A stretch of DNA of 64,000 nt. Origin: an uncultured virus (IMG/VR IMGVR_UViG_3300047383_000862) (Duplodnaviria; Heunggongvirae; Uroviricota; Caudoviricetes). The stretch lies in the IMG/VR virus record IMGVR_UViG_3300047383_000862; one strand, written 5' to 3'. Both the position numbers and the translations under genes were made by a program. Positions 1 through 8,208 of the stretch are shown one piece after another (within the stretch, counting starts at the first letter, position 1; each line of letters begins with the position of its first letter). The notes beneath the pieces are model-generated. The model worked only from the letters and a program-made list of their open reading frames with translations, did not search any database and had not been told where the DNA came from.

Positions 1-132
1 AAAGTCTTTCAATTCATCCAAGCCACCGAGCATGAAGAGCTTGGAACTATCGCCATGGTTCGTCCATACCGCACCGACCGCAAGGTTGGCATCCGTTTTG
101 AGGATGTGAAGCTTCACCCTTTCTTTGCATAA
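1..132 (+). CDS. 3' end of hypothetical protein (partial)
   Basis: Frame 1 open from base 1 (KVFQFIQATEHEELGTIAMVRPYR...) to TAA at 130-132. Confidence 0.6.
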   Translation, partial: KVFQFIQATEHEELGTIAMVRPYRTDRKVGIRFEDVKLHPFFA

Positions 133-136
133 TACT

Positions 137-301
137 ATGATAAATGTAGACAAAAACCCAAACTTTACTAATTGGTTTGACATCAGACTTTTTGGCAAGC
201 TAGTAGACAACGCCACAAGCCACGCTAACGCCATGCGTATAGCCCGCAAGCTCAGCGAGCAAACTAAATCTCCGATTATCGCGACTAAAACCAAGTCGTA
301 A
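137..301 (+). CDS. hypothetical protein, 54 aa
   Basis: Read manually: MINVDKNPNFTNWFDIRLFGKLVDNATSHANAMRIARKLS...; directly follows the previous ORF. Confidence 0.6.
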   Translation: MINVDKNPNFTNWFDIRLFGKLVDNATSHANAMRIARKLSEQTKSPIIATKTKS

Positions 302-436
302 ATCATTGATTATCATATAATTGCGAAACTGGATAGGTAAAAAAGAATTTTATAACTTTTTAGCTAAATTGGTTAATTTCAAAACCGCTCGAAATTCTCC
401 TCTATTTACCTGTATTTGACCTATTTACCTATTTAC

Positions 437-467
437 AAAAAAACCCGCTAGTTTTTAGGCTAGCGGG
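437..467 (-). terminator. intrinsic terminator
   Basis: CCCGCTAG/CTAGCGGG stem plus minus-strand U-tract, where plus and minus genes converge. Confidence 0.8.
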
Positions 468-571
468 CTTGTAGTTGACCTAAGATATAAACGACTATGA
501 ATCCTCACTTAACAAATCCGAGAACATTATATAAAATACGAATATCCACGGAGTGAAAAATAGTAGTTCCA

Positions 572-808
572 TTACCCAAGAATCTTTGAGATTACTCTCT
601 TGGCGACGCCTTTACGGAATGCGACACCATTATACTGAGAACCCTGAACAACTGACACGAATGATCCATTAGCTGTATCATAGTAAGCAGAGACGGGCAC
701 TCTGTTCTTGTTAACATATGTGAACCAAATCTTTTCATCACGATTGTTGACATTATGAGGAGTATAGGTTTTAACCTTACTTAGTGCTTGTTTTTGTTTT
801 TTTGTCAT
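572..808 (-). CDS. hypothetical protein
   Basis: ORF with own promoter TTGACT(861-866)-17-TATACT(838-843). Confidence 0.75.
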   Translation of the reverse strand: MTKKQKQALSKVKTYTPHNVNNRDEKIWFTYVNKNRVPVSAYYDTANGSFVSVVQGSQYNGVAFRKGVAKRVISKILG

Positions 809-862
809 AGTTTAGTTTATCTGATTGTTATGATATAAGTATAGTATAAGATTGATTAAAAG

Positions 863-1237
863 TCAAGCGTTAAATCTTGCTTCCTGCTCCGCTAGTACTT
901 TTTCATTAAATTCTGATCGAAGATCAACAAGTAATTTTTCGTGAAGAAATCCGTCAATCTCAAATTGATGCATTAATGAAGTGATTTGATGTGGAGGTTG
1001 CCAACCAATTACATCGTCCGAAACAGAGATAGGAACGAATTGACCTGCTGGATTAAATACTGCAACCTCATAGTTATCGGGATGATTGCCGTAAAACAGA
1101 TTACCGCCCTCAGCATTGGCGACAACGCTAAAAGCGTAGCCATTGTCAAGAGTCAGGCTTGCTACAACTCCCAAGTCTTTTGCGTGAGGATGAGGACCGA
1201 ATTTTAGGTCATCGAATGTTTTTAGTGTTTTAGTCAT
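863..1237 (-). CDS. hypothetical phage protein
   Basis: ORF; TTGACA(1268-1273)-17-TAGAAT ends 7 nt before the ATG. Confidence 0.8.
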   Translation of the reverse strand: MTKTLKTFDDLKFGPHPHAKDLGVVASLTLDNGYAFSVVANAEGGNLFYGNHPDNYEVAVFNPAGQFVPISVSDDVIGWQPPHQITSLMHQFEIDGFLHEKLLVDLRSEFNEKVLAEQEARFNA

Positions 1238-1280
1238 AATATAAATTCTATAAAATTAAAGTAGTTATGTCAAGGGTTTT

Positions 1281-1688
1281 TTACCACCAAGAGTCGAAGA
1301 ATACTTTCCAACCTTTATCGAGTAGGTCGCGAGCCTTTCTGATAAAATAAAGATCATTATCTTTGTAGTAGTAATGATTGTCGGGATAAGGATTCCCCTC
1401 TTCATCTGTCCAAAAATAAGAATCATTCCCAAAAAAGAATCCGCCTGTTTCAGGTAGCTCAAAGTTGTTGATTGCATACTCTAGTGAATCAATGTCTTCT
1501 AGCGTTAGCTCTAAAGGTATGCAGTTAAAGTCGCCCATAGGGTTAGCTTCTGATGAATCAAAGTTTGGTCTACCTTTATCCTCCCATAAATCTTCCATCC
1601 AACCTTGAAGTCTGTTATGCTTTCTCCATGTAGCTATATCTTCGTGTTGCTCGCCTTTAGTTGCATATGCTGATTGATCTAATCCCAT
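1281..1688 (-). CDS. conserved phage protein (MGLD...WRKHN...WW type)
   Basis: MGLDQ, WRKHNRLQGWM, GGFFFG and terminal WW motifs of a common uncharacterised phage family; SD and promoter upstream. Confidence 0.8.
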   Translation of the reverse strand: MGLDQSAYATKGEQHEDIATWRKHNRLQGWMEDLWEDKGRPNFDSSEANPMGDFNCIPLELTLEDIDSLEYAINNFELPETGGFFFGNDSYFWTDEEGNPYPDNHYYYKDNDLYFIRKARDLLDKGWKVFFDSWW

Positions 1689-2059
1689 AATAATATTCCT
1701 TTGTTAAGTTAATCTATACCTATAAGTATGACATTTTTTTAAGTAAAGTCAACCTTTTTTTTTAGTAAATTCGATTTTAATTTTTGTCTGTATAGTTTCG
1801 ATTGCATAAATGCCCCTGGGTCAATGACTTACATTAATGGATAGGGTTTTGTTGTAATTAATTAATACACAAGTCTTTATGAAAGAATCCTTGGTCCGCT
1901 AAAACTCTACATGTGTCTGGAAAGGCCAAGTCGATAACGTCGAAAGCTTCCAGGAACTCGTCCAGGTCCTGCGCGCATTCATTAAAAAGGTAAAGGCAAA
2001 AAATATATTCTTCGTAGTCCACATATGATTGTATAAAATTTTTAATTGTTTTAAAGTGT

Positions 2060-2227
2060 TTAATATCCTAACCATTCAAGCACTGCCTGAGCCGAGTATT
2101 CTTCGGCGTCGCCCATGTCTACCAGGAACTCTTCGAATTCTTGGCAACCGTGGTTTGTAAGCTCCTGAAATGCCCGCTCTTGTGATATCATGACGGATTC
2201 GGCTGAGTCGTAATAAGTATCGCTCAT
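2060..2227 (-). CDS. small acidic hypothetical protein, 55 aa
   Basis: Read manually: MSDTYYDSAE...AVLEWLGY; ATGA overlap with the upstream gene. Confidence 0.7.
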   Translation of the reverse strand: MSDTYYDSAESVMISQERAFQELTNHGCQEFEEFLVDMGDAEEYSAQAVLEWLGY

Positions 2228-2967
2228 GAGTTTACTCCTTCCTGTACGAAGCCCGTCTCATCTTTCTTTGCCATACCTTTTTCGATAAGCCCAACGACTA
2301 CCCCTTTCTTGTCTAAGAAACGCAAGTCGGTATCATCACCATTGACAACTTCGTAACCCTTCCAAGTCTTAGGAAGTTGGTTGCGAAACACAACGGCAAC
2401 ATTCCCACCCATAGCAAGAACCATTTCGCACTTCTTGTCATTATGCTCTGACCGAGAAAAAGTCAAGTGATAATTAGATGGAAATTTTTGTTCATCTTTA
2501 GTAAATGGCTTGTTAAGAAAAGCACACATCCTGTTGAATGACTTTGTATAGTCGTAGAATTGAGTTTCAGGAAACTTTTCAAAGATCGTCTTTGGCTCTG
2601 ATTCGCTGAAGAAAACAGATTCCCATGAAATGTCGCTTGTAAGGTTTAAGCGAAACACCGCTTGCATTTCTTTCTTGAGTGAACTTTTGATAGTTGAAGC
2701 AACCTCTTTAGAAAGCTTTGCAAGGAAGTCAAATTGTTGCTCAAAGAATAACTTTGTCTTGGCAATGCGTGAAGCTTGAACGGAATTCATTTGACCACGA
2801 CCTGCTGTGTTTAAGCAAGCCATTGTGCAACCTTTTGAACGCCATTGGCAAACTTCGTAACCCGCAAGATTGGCTGGAGCTAAGTGAATTCCTTTTGTGA
2901 TGTAACCAAGTTTTTCGCCTTTAACGATTTTTTGGTTACCTGAAGTGAGTAGTGTCGTTTTAATCAT
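2224..2967 (-). CDS. gp88-like protein (Cys-motif, radical-SAM-related phage family)
   Basis: C-x6-C-x3-C LNTAGRG, RLNLTSD, FYDYTK, NYHLTFS and GDDTDLRFLD motifs; start moved to ATG 2967, 7 nt after the -10 box. Confidence 0.75.
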   Translation of the reverse strand: MIKTTLLTSGNQKIVKGEKLGYITKGIHLAPANLAGYEVCQWRSKGCTMACLNTAGRGQMNSVQASRIAKTKLFFEQQFDFLAKLSKEVASTIKSSLKKEMQAVFRLNLTSDISWESVFFSESEPKTIFEKFPETQFYDYTKSFNRMCAFLNKPFTKDEQKFPSNYHLTFSRSEHNDKKCEMVLAMGGNVAVVFRNQLPKTWKGYEVVNGDDTDLRFLDKKGVVVGLIEKGMAKKDETGFVQEGVNS

Positions 2968-3113
2968 GTATACAATACTAGAGAAGCTGGGGGCATCTGT
3001 CAACCCCTTTTTTCACTTTTTTTTCATTTTGTTGCAAGTCGTTGAATATCATATAATTAAAATTTTTCTTAGGCGATTTTTGCAATTACTTAATGTTCAG
3101 TAACTTACAAAAC

Positions 3114-3140
3114 AAAAACCCCCTTCCGATTGGAAGGGGG
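3114..3140 (-). terminator. intrinsic terminator
   Basis: CCCCCTTCC-4 nt-GGAAGGGGG stem plus U-tract. Confidence 0.85.
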
Positions 3141-3167
3141 CTGAACGACACGATATGACCAGCAACC

Positions 3168-4016
3168 TTAGAAGGGGTCACCTGCACCGACTACCTCGGC
3201 TTCGATTATCTCATCCTGCTTAAAGCTTGATGAATCAAAGCCCACTTCGGAGTCAAGCACGGAATGCAATGCTTCGGAGCGTTGAGGTAATGCGGTAAGG
3301 TTACCCTTGTAAACCTCTGTGAAAGCGTTGTACAATGAGTTGACATTCCTGTCCCAAAATTCGGGGTGATCGGACTTTTCCCATTGGTCAACAACATCAA
3401 TGATCTTTGACTTAGGCAAAGCACCTGCCTTGCAAGCACGGATCACAAGATCGTTGACTTGAGCGTTTTTAAGATCATGCTCTTTGTAGGCATCAATCCT
3501 ACTATCTTGAGCAACCCAAAAGTTGAAAAGCTTGCCAAGAGTGCGAGCAATGACATGGTCAAGCTCATTGAGGATATTCTTAGTATGCCTACGAGCTAGT
3601 TTGACCTCGTTAGTAAAAATAAGATTGTCGCAGACAAAAGGAGCGTCACCTGCACAAAGTCCTGCGGGGAAGCACTTGTCGTGGGCATTACGAAGTCCTA
3701 CGATAGTGCCTCGCTCTGAAGCCTCTCTTTTGGGATGAGAAACTTGAAACAAGCCAAAGTATCTTTGGTTATTCCTAGCGAGGTTATGACACTCTGCCTC
3801 GATAGTAAAGCCCGCTTGATCAAGATGGTTGCGAGTTTTATCAATAAGGAGAGAATGAGAGATCGGTTGGTACGAGACAGAACGCTCGCCATTTTTGTTG
3901 AGTTCCTTGCGAAACTCGATGGGCGGAGTTTGAACTGCCTTGACTTGGTCGATTTCTACTACTTTGTGCTCACCGCCACAGATGCGGAGATTGTTGGTTT
4001 TTTGTTCGTTATTCAT
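3168..4016 (-). CDS. DUF932/DUF945-like phage protein
   Basis: YQPISH, GLRNAHD, FVCDNL, RRHT and LYNAFTE motifs. Confidence 0.7.
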   Translation of the reverse strand: MNNEQKTNNLRICGGEHKVVEIDQVKAVQTPPIEFRKELNKNGERSVSYQPISHSLLIDKTRNHLDQAGFTIEAECHNLARNNQRYFGLFQVSHPKREASERGTIVGLRNAHDKCFPAGLCAGDAPFVCDNLIFTNEVKLARRHTKNILNELDHVIARTLGKLFNFWVAQDSRIDAYKEHDLKNAQVNDLVIRACKAGALPKSKIIDVVDQWEKSDHPEFWDRNVNSLYNAFTEVYKGNLTALPQRSEALHSVLDSEVGFDSSSFKQDEIIEAEVVGAGDPF

Positions 4017-4061
4017 AAGTATAATAATAGTTGATTGTTAGTGTTTTGTCAAGAATTAATT

Positions 4062-4181
4062 TTAGTAAATTAAAGTTTTTTTATGCTTCAGCTTTCTATG
4101 TATGATTTTGTTTTTAAGTTTGTGAGGGCGAGCTTTGGTGAAAAGGATTGGTTTTCTTATCTTTATATCTCTCGCTTTCAT
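4062..4181 (-). CDS. small basic protein, 39 aa
   Basis: Read manually: MKARDIKIRKPILFTKARPHKLKNKIIHRKLKHKKTLIY; -10 CATAAT ends 7 nt before the ATG. Confidence 0.6.
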   Translation of the reverse strand: MKARDIKIRKPILFTKARPHKLKNKIIHRKLKHKKTLIY

Positions 4182-4313
4182 ATATATAATTATGACAGAT
4201 CACGATTTAATTGCAAGCAAAAAATAATTTTTTTTTGCAGTTATCTTAAGTTGTTGAATACCATATAATTGCGGAATCAGCTAGGGAAATTTCATAAAAC
4301 GTTGATTATCAAC

Positions 4314-4341
4314 AAAAAACCCCTCTCCGATTGGAGAGGGG
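4314..4341 (-). terminator. intrinsic terminator
   Basis: CCCCTCTCC-4 nt-GGAGAGGGG stem plus U-tract; same loop as 3114-3140. Confidence 0.85.
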
Positions 4342-4368
4342 CTTGAATTAACCGATGACCATGAAAGG

Positions 4369-4533
4369 TCAGAACACACGCTTCTCTAGATGATAGAGCT
4401 CCTCGAGTAATGCATTATGCTGAGACCGACGCTCATTGTGCTCTGATAAATAAATACCTTCTGATTCTTCGCAGGCTAACATATAGGCTAGCTCGCGAAC
4501 TTGTGCTCGTAAATGTTCAATGCGTTTCTTCAT
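4369..4533 (-). CDS. hypothetical protein, 54 aa
   Basis: Read manually: MKKRIEHLRAQVRELAYMLACEESEG... Confidence 0.65.
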   Translation of the reverse strand: MKKRIEHLRAQVRELAYMLACEESEGIYLSEHNERRSQHNALLEELYHLEKRVF

Positions 4534-4536
4534 ATT

Positions 4537-4773
4537 CTACCCCCTTACTAAAGAGATGATGCGATCATAACGGAAAGAACGAATTCCGTTGCGGTTAAAG
4601 CAATGAGCACGAAAGCCTACGACTCTCTTGCCCTCGCGAGCGTTACCAAACTCACGCTTATGCGTAGGTTTAGAGATTGTATACATTTGTGTTCTACCAT
4701 CTTCGGTAGTATACACGACATTATAGGTTGAGCTGAACAAAGCAGCTAACTTGTTTTTGAGTTTCCTTAACAT
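4537..4773 (-). CDS. small WYL/SH3-like domain protein
   Basis: AHCFNRNGIRSFRYDRI resembles the WYL C-terminal motif. Confidence 0.55.
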   Translation of the reverse strand: MLRKLKNKLAALFSSTYNVVYTTEDGRTQMYTISKPTHKREFGNAREGKRVVGFRAHCFNRNGIRSFRYDRIISLVRG

Positions 4774-5030
4774 TAGGATTGTTCTCCTTCTACTTCTTGT
4801 AAACCCATCGCAGGGTTTTGGTTGTAATAATTGTAAGCGTCAGTGACTTCTTCAGCTGACTCAAAACTTACAAATAAGATGTCTTTTGCACTGTCGTATG
4901 GGTGCCATGGCGTCTCTGATTCCTCAAAGGCTAGCTCCCACTGCTCAGTGTCTTCATTAAAATTAGGAAGGTCAAGAGGTTTGCCTTCGCATACTGCATC
5001 GATGTAGGTGTTCATAGTTGTGTTTGTCAT
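4773..5030 (-). CDS. hypothetical acidic protein
   Basis: ORF with leaderless-type promoter (TTGACA 5060-5065). Confidence 0.75.
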   Translation of the reverse strand: MTNTTMNTYIDAVCEGKPLDLPNFNEDTEQWELAFEESETPWHPYDSAKDILFVSFESAEEVTDAYNYYNQNPAMGLQEVEGEQS

Positions 5031-5188
5031 GGTTTAATTATCGTACATTTCTTTGATCATGTCAACATCAAAATCAATTTCTCCGTCTTTTTCTTTAAGT
5101 TCAAAAGAATTTTTATCAATTAAGATTTCTTCGTCGGCATCCAAAAGGTCTTGGATTTTTTTAATATAGGTAATGGCTAAGTCGTTCA

Positions 5189-5380
5189 TTAGGCAATGTC
5201 GATTCCGAAGTGAGATGCAAGCTCTTTCATCGCTTTATCTTTACCGAAAAAGTCATAAGCAAATGCGAGTAATTGCTTTTTGTCTCGTTCGGCATAATCT
5301 CTAATCTCATCATAAATTTCAAATATGTTGAGGTTCCAATTCCAGGATTCTACTTGCGCTTCTACTTGTGATGGTGTCAT
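5189..5380 (-). CDS. hypothetical protein
   Basis: ORF in tightly packed minus-strand run. Confidence 0.7.
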   Translation of the reverse strand: MTPSQVEAQVESWNWNLNIFEIYDEIRDYAERDKKQLLAFAYDFFGKDKAMKELASHFGIDIA

Positions 5381-5595
5381 TATACTGCTCTTTCATTTAC
5401 TTGTTCTAACATTAATTTAAATTGATCAAAAACTTTTTGCTTGCTACCTTTAAGACCAAACTCTTGCTTGATGATAGAATAGCAAGACCTGCCCCTACTC
5501 ATTTGCATTCCTAGCGTCTCAAGCCTTAATCCTTTAAGGAGTGTTTTGTAGCGAAACATTTCGATTTGTTCGGGTTTGTCTAATACTGCTGTCAT
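5380..5595 (-). CDS. hypothetical protein
   Basis: ORF with AAGGA SD. Confidence 0.75.
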   Translation of the reverse strand: MTAVLDKPEQIEMFRYKTLLKGLRLETLGMQMSRGRSCYSIIKQEFGLKGSKQKVFDQFKLMLEQVNERAV

Positions 5596-5609
5596 AATTT
5601 TTCCTTGTG

Positions 5610-5834
5610 TTATAGTTCTGCTGATTGAAAAGATGATTCTATTCTACGCTCATCTCGTAATAATGTCAAGTCCCGAATGATGTCGTCTAAAGTTTCATCT
5701 TCACTTTGAAACGCACTCCCCTTTGGAAACTTTTCGGGGTGACGCTCATGTTGGTCAAGACAAACTGTTGACATGGGATCTGACCATGCAAGGTTGCCTC
5801 TTACTATATCCATAATTGATTCTGATAATGTCAT
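5610..5834 (-). CDS. hypothetical protein
   Basis: ORF in packed run. Confidence 0.7.
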   Translation of the reverse strand: MTLSESIMDIVRGNLAWSDPMSTVCLDQHERHPEKFPKGSAFQSEDETLDDIIRDLTLLRDERRIESSFQSAEL

Positions 5835-5998
5835 TGTTTTGCCCTTTCATTTTGGTCGTCTGCAATCTTTGCGAGGCGAAGTAATTCTTGGGTTACTTCT
5901 GCTTTTGCTGTGTTGTTTGCTTTTGGGTTTTTCAACACCTCGATCATAATAGGAACGAGTGCTGACCATGTTGGTGTGATGTCTATTGTTTCTTGCAT
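5831..5998 (-). CDS. hypothetical protein, 55 aa
   Basis: Read manually: MQETIDITPTWSALVPIMIEVLKNP...; TTGACA(6028-6033)-17-TAGTAT ends 6 nt before the ATG. Confidence 0.7.
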   Translation of the reverse strand: MQETIDITPTWSALVPIMIEVLKNPKANNTAKAEVTQELLRLAKIADDQNERAKQ

Positions 5999-6007
5999 GA
6001 TATAATA

Positions 6008-6208
6008 CTATGAAATTTTTTGTTCAATGTCAAGGTTTTTTTTCTGATTAACTAATTCTTTGAGCTCATAGCTGATGGTGCATAGATTTTCATTAATGTC
6101 ACGCATAACTCTGAGTAGATCCGCCATGTTTCCATGACGACGATGCTCTAACATTTCATCTGACAATCCGTCAATGGCATGTTTAATTCCTTTTAATTCT
6201 TCTTTCAT
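6008..6208 (-). CDS. hypothetical coiled-coil protein
   Basis: ORF overlapping the upstream stop codon. Confidence 0.65.
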   Translation of the reverse strand: MKEELKGIKHAIDGLSDEMLEHRRHGNMADLLRVMRDINENLCTISYELKELVNQKKNLDIEQKIS

Positions 6209-6582
6209 GCTGCTAATACTCTGTTATGGGTTAACGATGCAAATCCTGAATAATATACAGGATTTTCTGTGTCTTTTTCTACAAAAGAGCTATACTTGTA
6301 CGGGTTGTATGTAATTTCTGTACCAATTGCAACTGTCCCGCCAAGGTCGTCTATCCTGCCTAAAATGCCCGCATGAACATTCTTACGCTTTTCTTGGATA
6401 ACTTTCGCCCGCCCCTTTTGGTTTACTTGGAAACTGCAATCCCACATCTCTAAGCTATCTGCGTGTGCTTTAACAAGCCCGCCCTGCTTGACTGACCAAC
6501 AGTCCTTGTGAAGATTCTTATATACGAACACCTTCTTGCTGAAGTCGATGTCGTATCTTTTGTCGCTTTTTGTTCTGATCAT
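6205..6582 (-). CDS. conserved phage protein
   Basis: VYKNLH..CWS, KRKNVHA and YNPYK motifs of a common phage family. Confidence 0.8.
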   Translation of the reverse strand: MIRTKSDKRYDIDFSKKVFVYKNLHKDCWSVKQGGLVKAHADSLEMWDCSFQVNQKGRAKVIQEKRKNVHAGILGRIDDLGGTVAIGTEITYNPYKYSSFVEKDTENPVYYSGFASLTHNRVLAA

Positions 6583-6960
6583 GTATACAATTATGACAGA
6601 AAACTACCGCAAGTCAAGCTTTTTTTTGAAATAGTTGTAACTCGTTGGTTATCATATAATTGCGAAAATCGCCAAAAACTCTTTTCTTGCTGTAAGTTGT
6701 TGAATATCATATAATTGCAAAAGTTGGCAGGGCGATCCCGCAAAATACTGATGCTCAACCTTTTACGAATTGAATTTTAATTTTATAAATTTTTGTTTAA
6801 ATTATAGCTTTATATATTTGTTATATATTTGCTACTTATATATTTGTTGTATGTATATTTGCTATGTCATTATATGATATGATTGAATTGAATAAAGAAT
6901 TTAATCTTGTTTAAAAACGAGACAAATTGTGATGACTATTGCTCCTAGAATAATTTCCAC

Positions 6961-7215
6961 TTAATTTGCTATATGTAGTGCTACTCTAAGATTCTCGCAA
7001 TCTTTACCACAGAGAAAAACTTCTCGGCAGTAGTCAATATCTTCGCTCTCTACTTTATCGATGCGTTGGATTGCCTCCCAGGCATGAACCCGTTCACGGG
7101 GCAGTCCGCCCCATTTAATGACGACCTTCATGTGCGGGAAATAATCTACGATCTCGGCAAGCTGAGGTTTCGTGATGTATCCGTAGTTTGATAATATGTC
7201 TTTTAATGTTTTCAT
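6961..7215 (-). CDS. hypothetical protein
   Basis: Start moved to MKTLKD (7215), just after promoter TTGACA(7245-7250)/CATACT; the upstream ORF extension runs through a terminator. Confidence 0.75.
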   Translation of the reverse strand: MKTLKDILSNYGYITKPQLAEIVDYFPHMKVVIKWGGLPRERVHAWEAIQRIDKVESEDIDYCREVFLCGKDCENLRVALHIAN

Positions 7216-7254
7216 AATAATAAGTATGGCAGGTTTGCTGGAAATGTCAAAACA

Positions 7255-7288
7255 AAAAACCCCTCCCAAGAGGATTCTTGAGAGGGGC
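7255..7288 (-). terminator. intrinsic terminator ending the putative ncRNA
   Basis: CCCCUCUCAAGA-AUCC-UCUUGGGAGGGG followed by U6. Confidence 0.85.
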
Positions 7289-7650
7289 GGTGGGGTTATA
7301 CGGGGATGGGGAAATATGTGTGGGGGAGGGTTCTGAGATACCTCCATCGTTTCGGCGTAAACTTTCAGTTTCGAGTTTCCTACTTTGAACTACAGACTAG
7401 GCGTGGTATTTGCCATTTGACTCATCCGATTGGACTCTGTCATCCCCACCACAGGGATCTGCATACTTTAGCTCGCTCACGACAAGCTTGTTCAGTCACC
7501 CACAGGAAGGATTATAAGCCCTTCCAAAGTGAATTGAGACTGACAAGAATTGGCTTTTAGCAACTTAATGCTTGCGAGATCTATGCTCAAAATTTAAAAT
7601 GTTAAAGATCGATTTATTTTATTTACTTGAGTTTGGTTCTCAATTTATGT
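7255..7650 (-). ncRNA. putative large structured non-coding RNA (family unassigned)
   Basis: Perfect promoter upstream, terminator downstream, no credible sense ORF, GC-rich core with many nested helices. Confidence 0.7.
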
Positions 7651-7655
7651 ATATA

Positions 7656-7684
7656 ATTATAGTATATTTAGTCTTATTTGTCAA
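7656..7684 (-). promoter_or_regulatory. consensus sigma70 promoter
   Basis: TTGACA(7679-7684)-17 nt-TATAAT(7656-7661). Confidence 0.9.
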
Positions 7685-7935
7685 GTATTAATTTTATTTT
7701 TATTGATTTTTCTGCACTCTCTTAATAAGTCTTTTATTTTAAACCAACTCTTCTCAGGCGGAAATAATTTTTTATTTGTATCAGAATCATGTGCTCTATA
7801 TAGATCATCTACATATTCTTCTACCTTAACTAATTTAATTAACATTAATTCTTTTGCAGTTAATTGTTCATATAATTCTTCATCAGTTGCGAACATACTA
7901 ACTTTATCACTAAGAGGTTTGATTGTTGCATCCAT
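7681..7935 (-). CDS. hypothetical protein
   Basis: ORF with GGGGGT SD. Confidence 0.7.
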   Translation of the reverse strand: MDATIKPLSDKVSMFATDEELYEQLTAKELMLIKLVKVEEYVDDLYRAHDSDTNKKLFPPEKSWFKIKDLLRECRKINKNKINT

Positions 7936-8132
7936 TATGCTACCCCCTTTGCTTGCTTGAGACGCTTGGCTTGAATCTCTTTGAGTCGCCTGTCTGCCTC
8001 TCTTTGTTGGGCGAAGATGCTATCCTCGACAATAGAACCATAGTTGGCAAATTTACTCATGCCCACATATGCCCCTCTTTTTACATTATTCATAATTGAA
8101 GTTGCTCTTGCACATTTAGCTATATTACCCAT
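7935..8132 (-). CDS. hypothetical basic protein
   Basis: ORF with AGGAGG SD and promoter at 8190-8195. Confidence 0.75.
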   Translation of the reverse strand: MGNIAKCARATSIMNNVKRGAYVGMSKFANYGSIVEDSIFAQQREADRRLKEIQAKRLKQAKGVA

Positions 8133-8208
8133 AATTTTTTCCTCCTTGTTTGATTGTTATGCTATAAGTCTAGTCGATTGTCTTCGTTTTGTCAAGAAAA
8201 AAGATTAA

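Larger units (their letters stand above)
297..6767. repeat. dispersed imperfect 29-bp palindrome (YGYAA-N5-TGA-N3-TCA-N5-TTRCR), about 8 copies
   Basis: Copies at 297-325, 3033-3061, 3081-3109, 4245-4273, 4293-4320 (partial), 6636-6664, 6691-6719, 6739-6767; degenerate copy 1805-1833; all intergenic apart from the first overlapping a stop codon. Confidence 0.75.

Noticed and set aside
297..6767. 29-bp repeats as a CRISPR array
   Set aside because: Copies are degenerate, dispersed over kilobases, and there are no cas genes.
7216..7347. N-terminal extension of ORF 6961-7347
   Set aside because: Runs through a terminator and a promoter; the real start is 7215.
7306..7560. 84-aa plus-strand ORF over the putative ncRNA
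   Set aside because: Antisense to a clear promoter/terminator unit, no plus-strand expression signals seen, and unprotein-like composition.
7322..7590. tmRNA, RNase P RNA or group I intron identity for the ncRNA
   Set aside because: No tRNA-like ends or tag ORF, no GAGGAAAGUCC-type RNase P signature, and it does not interrupt a gene.
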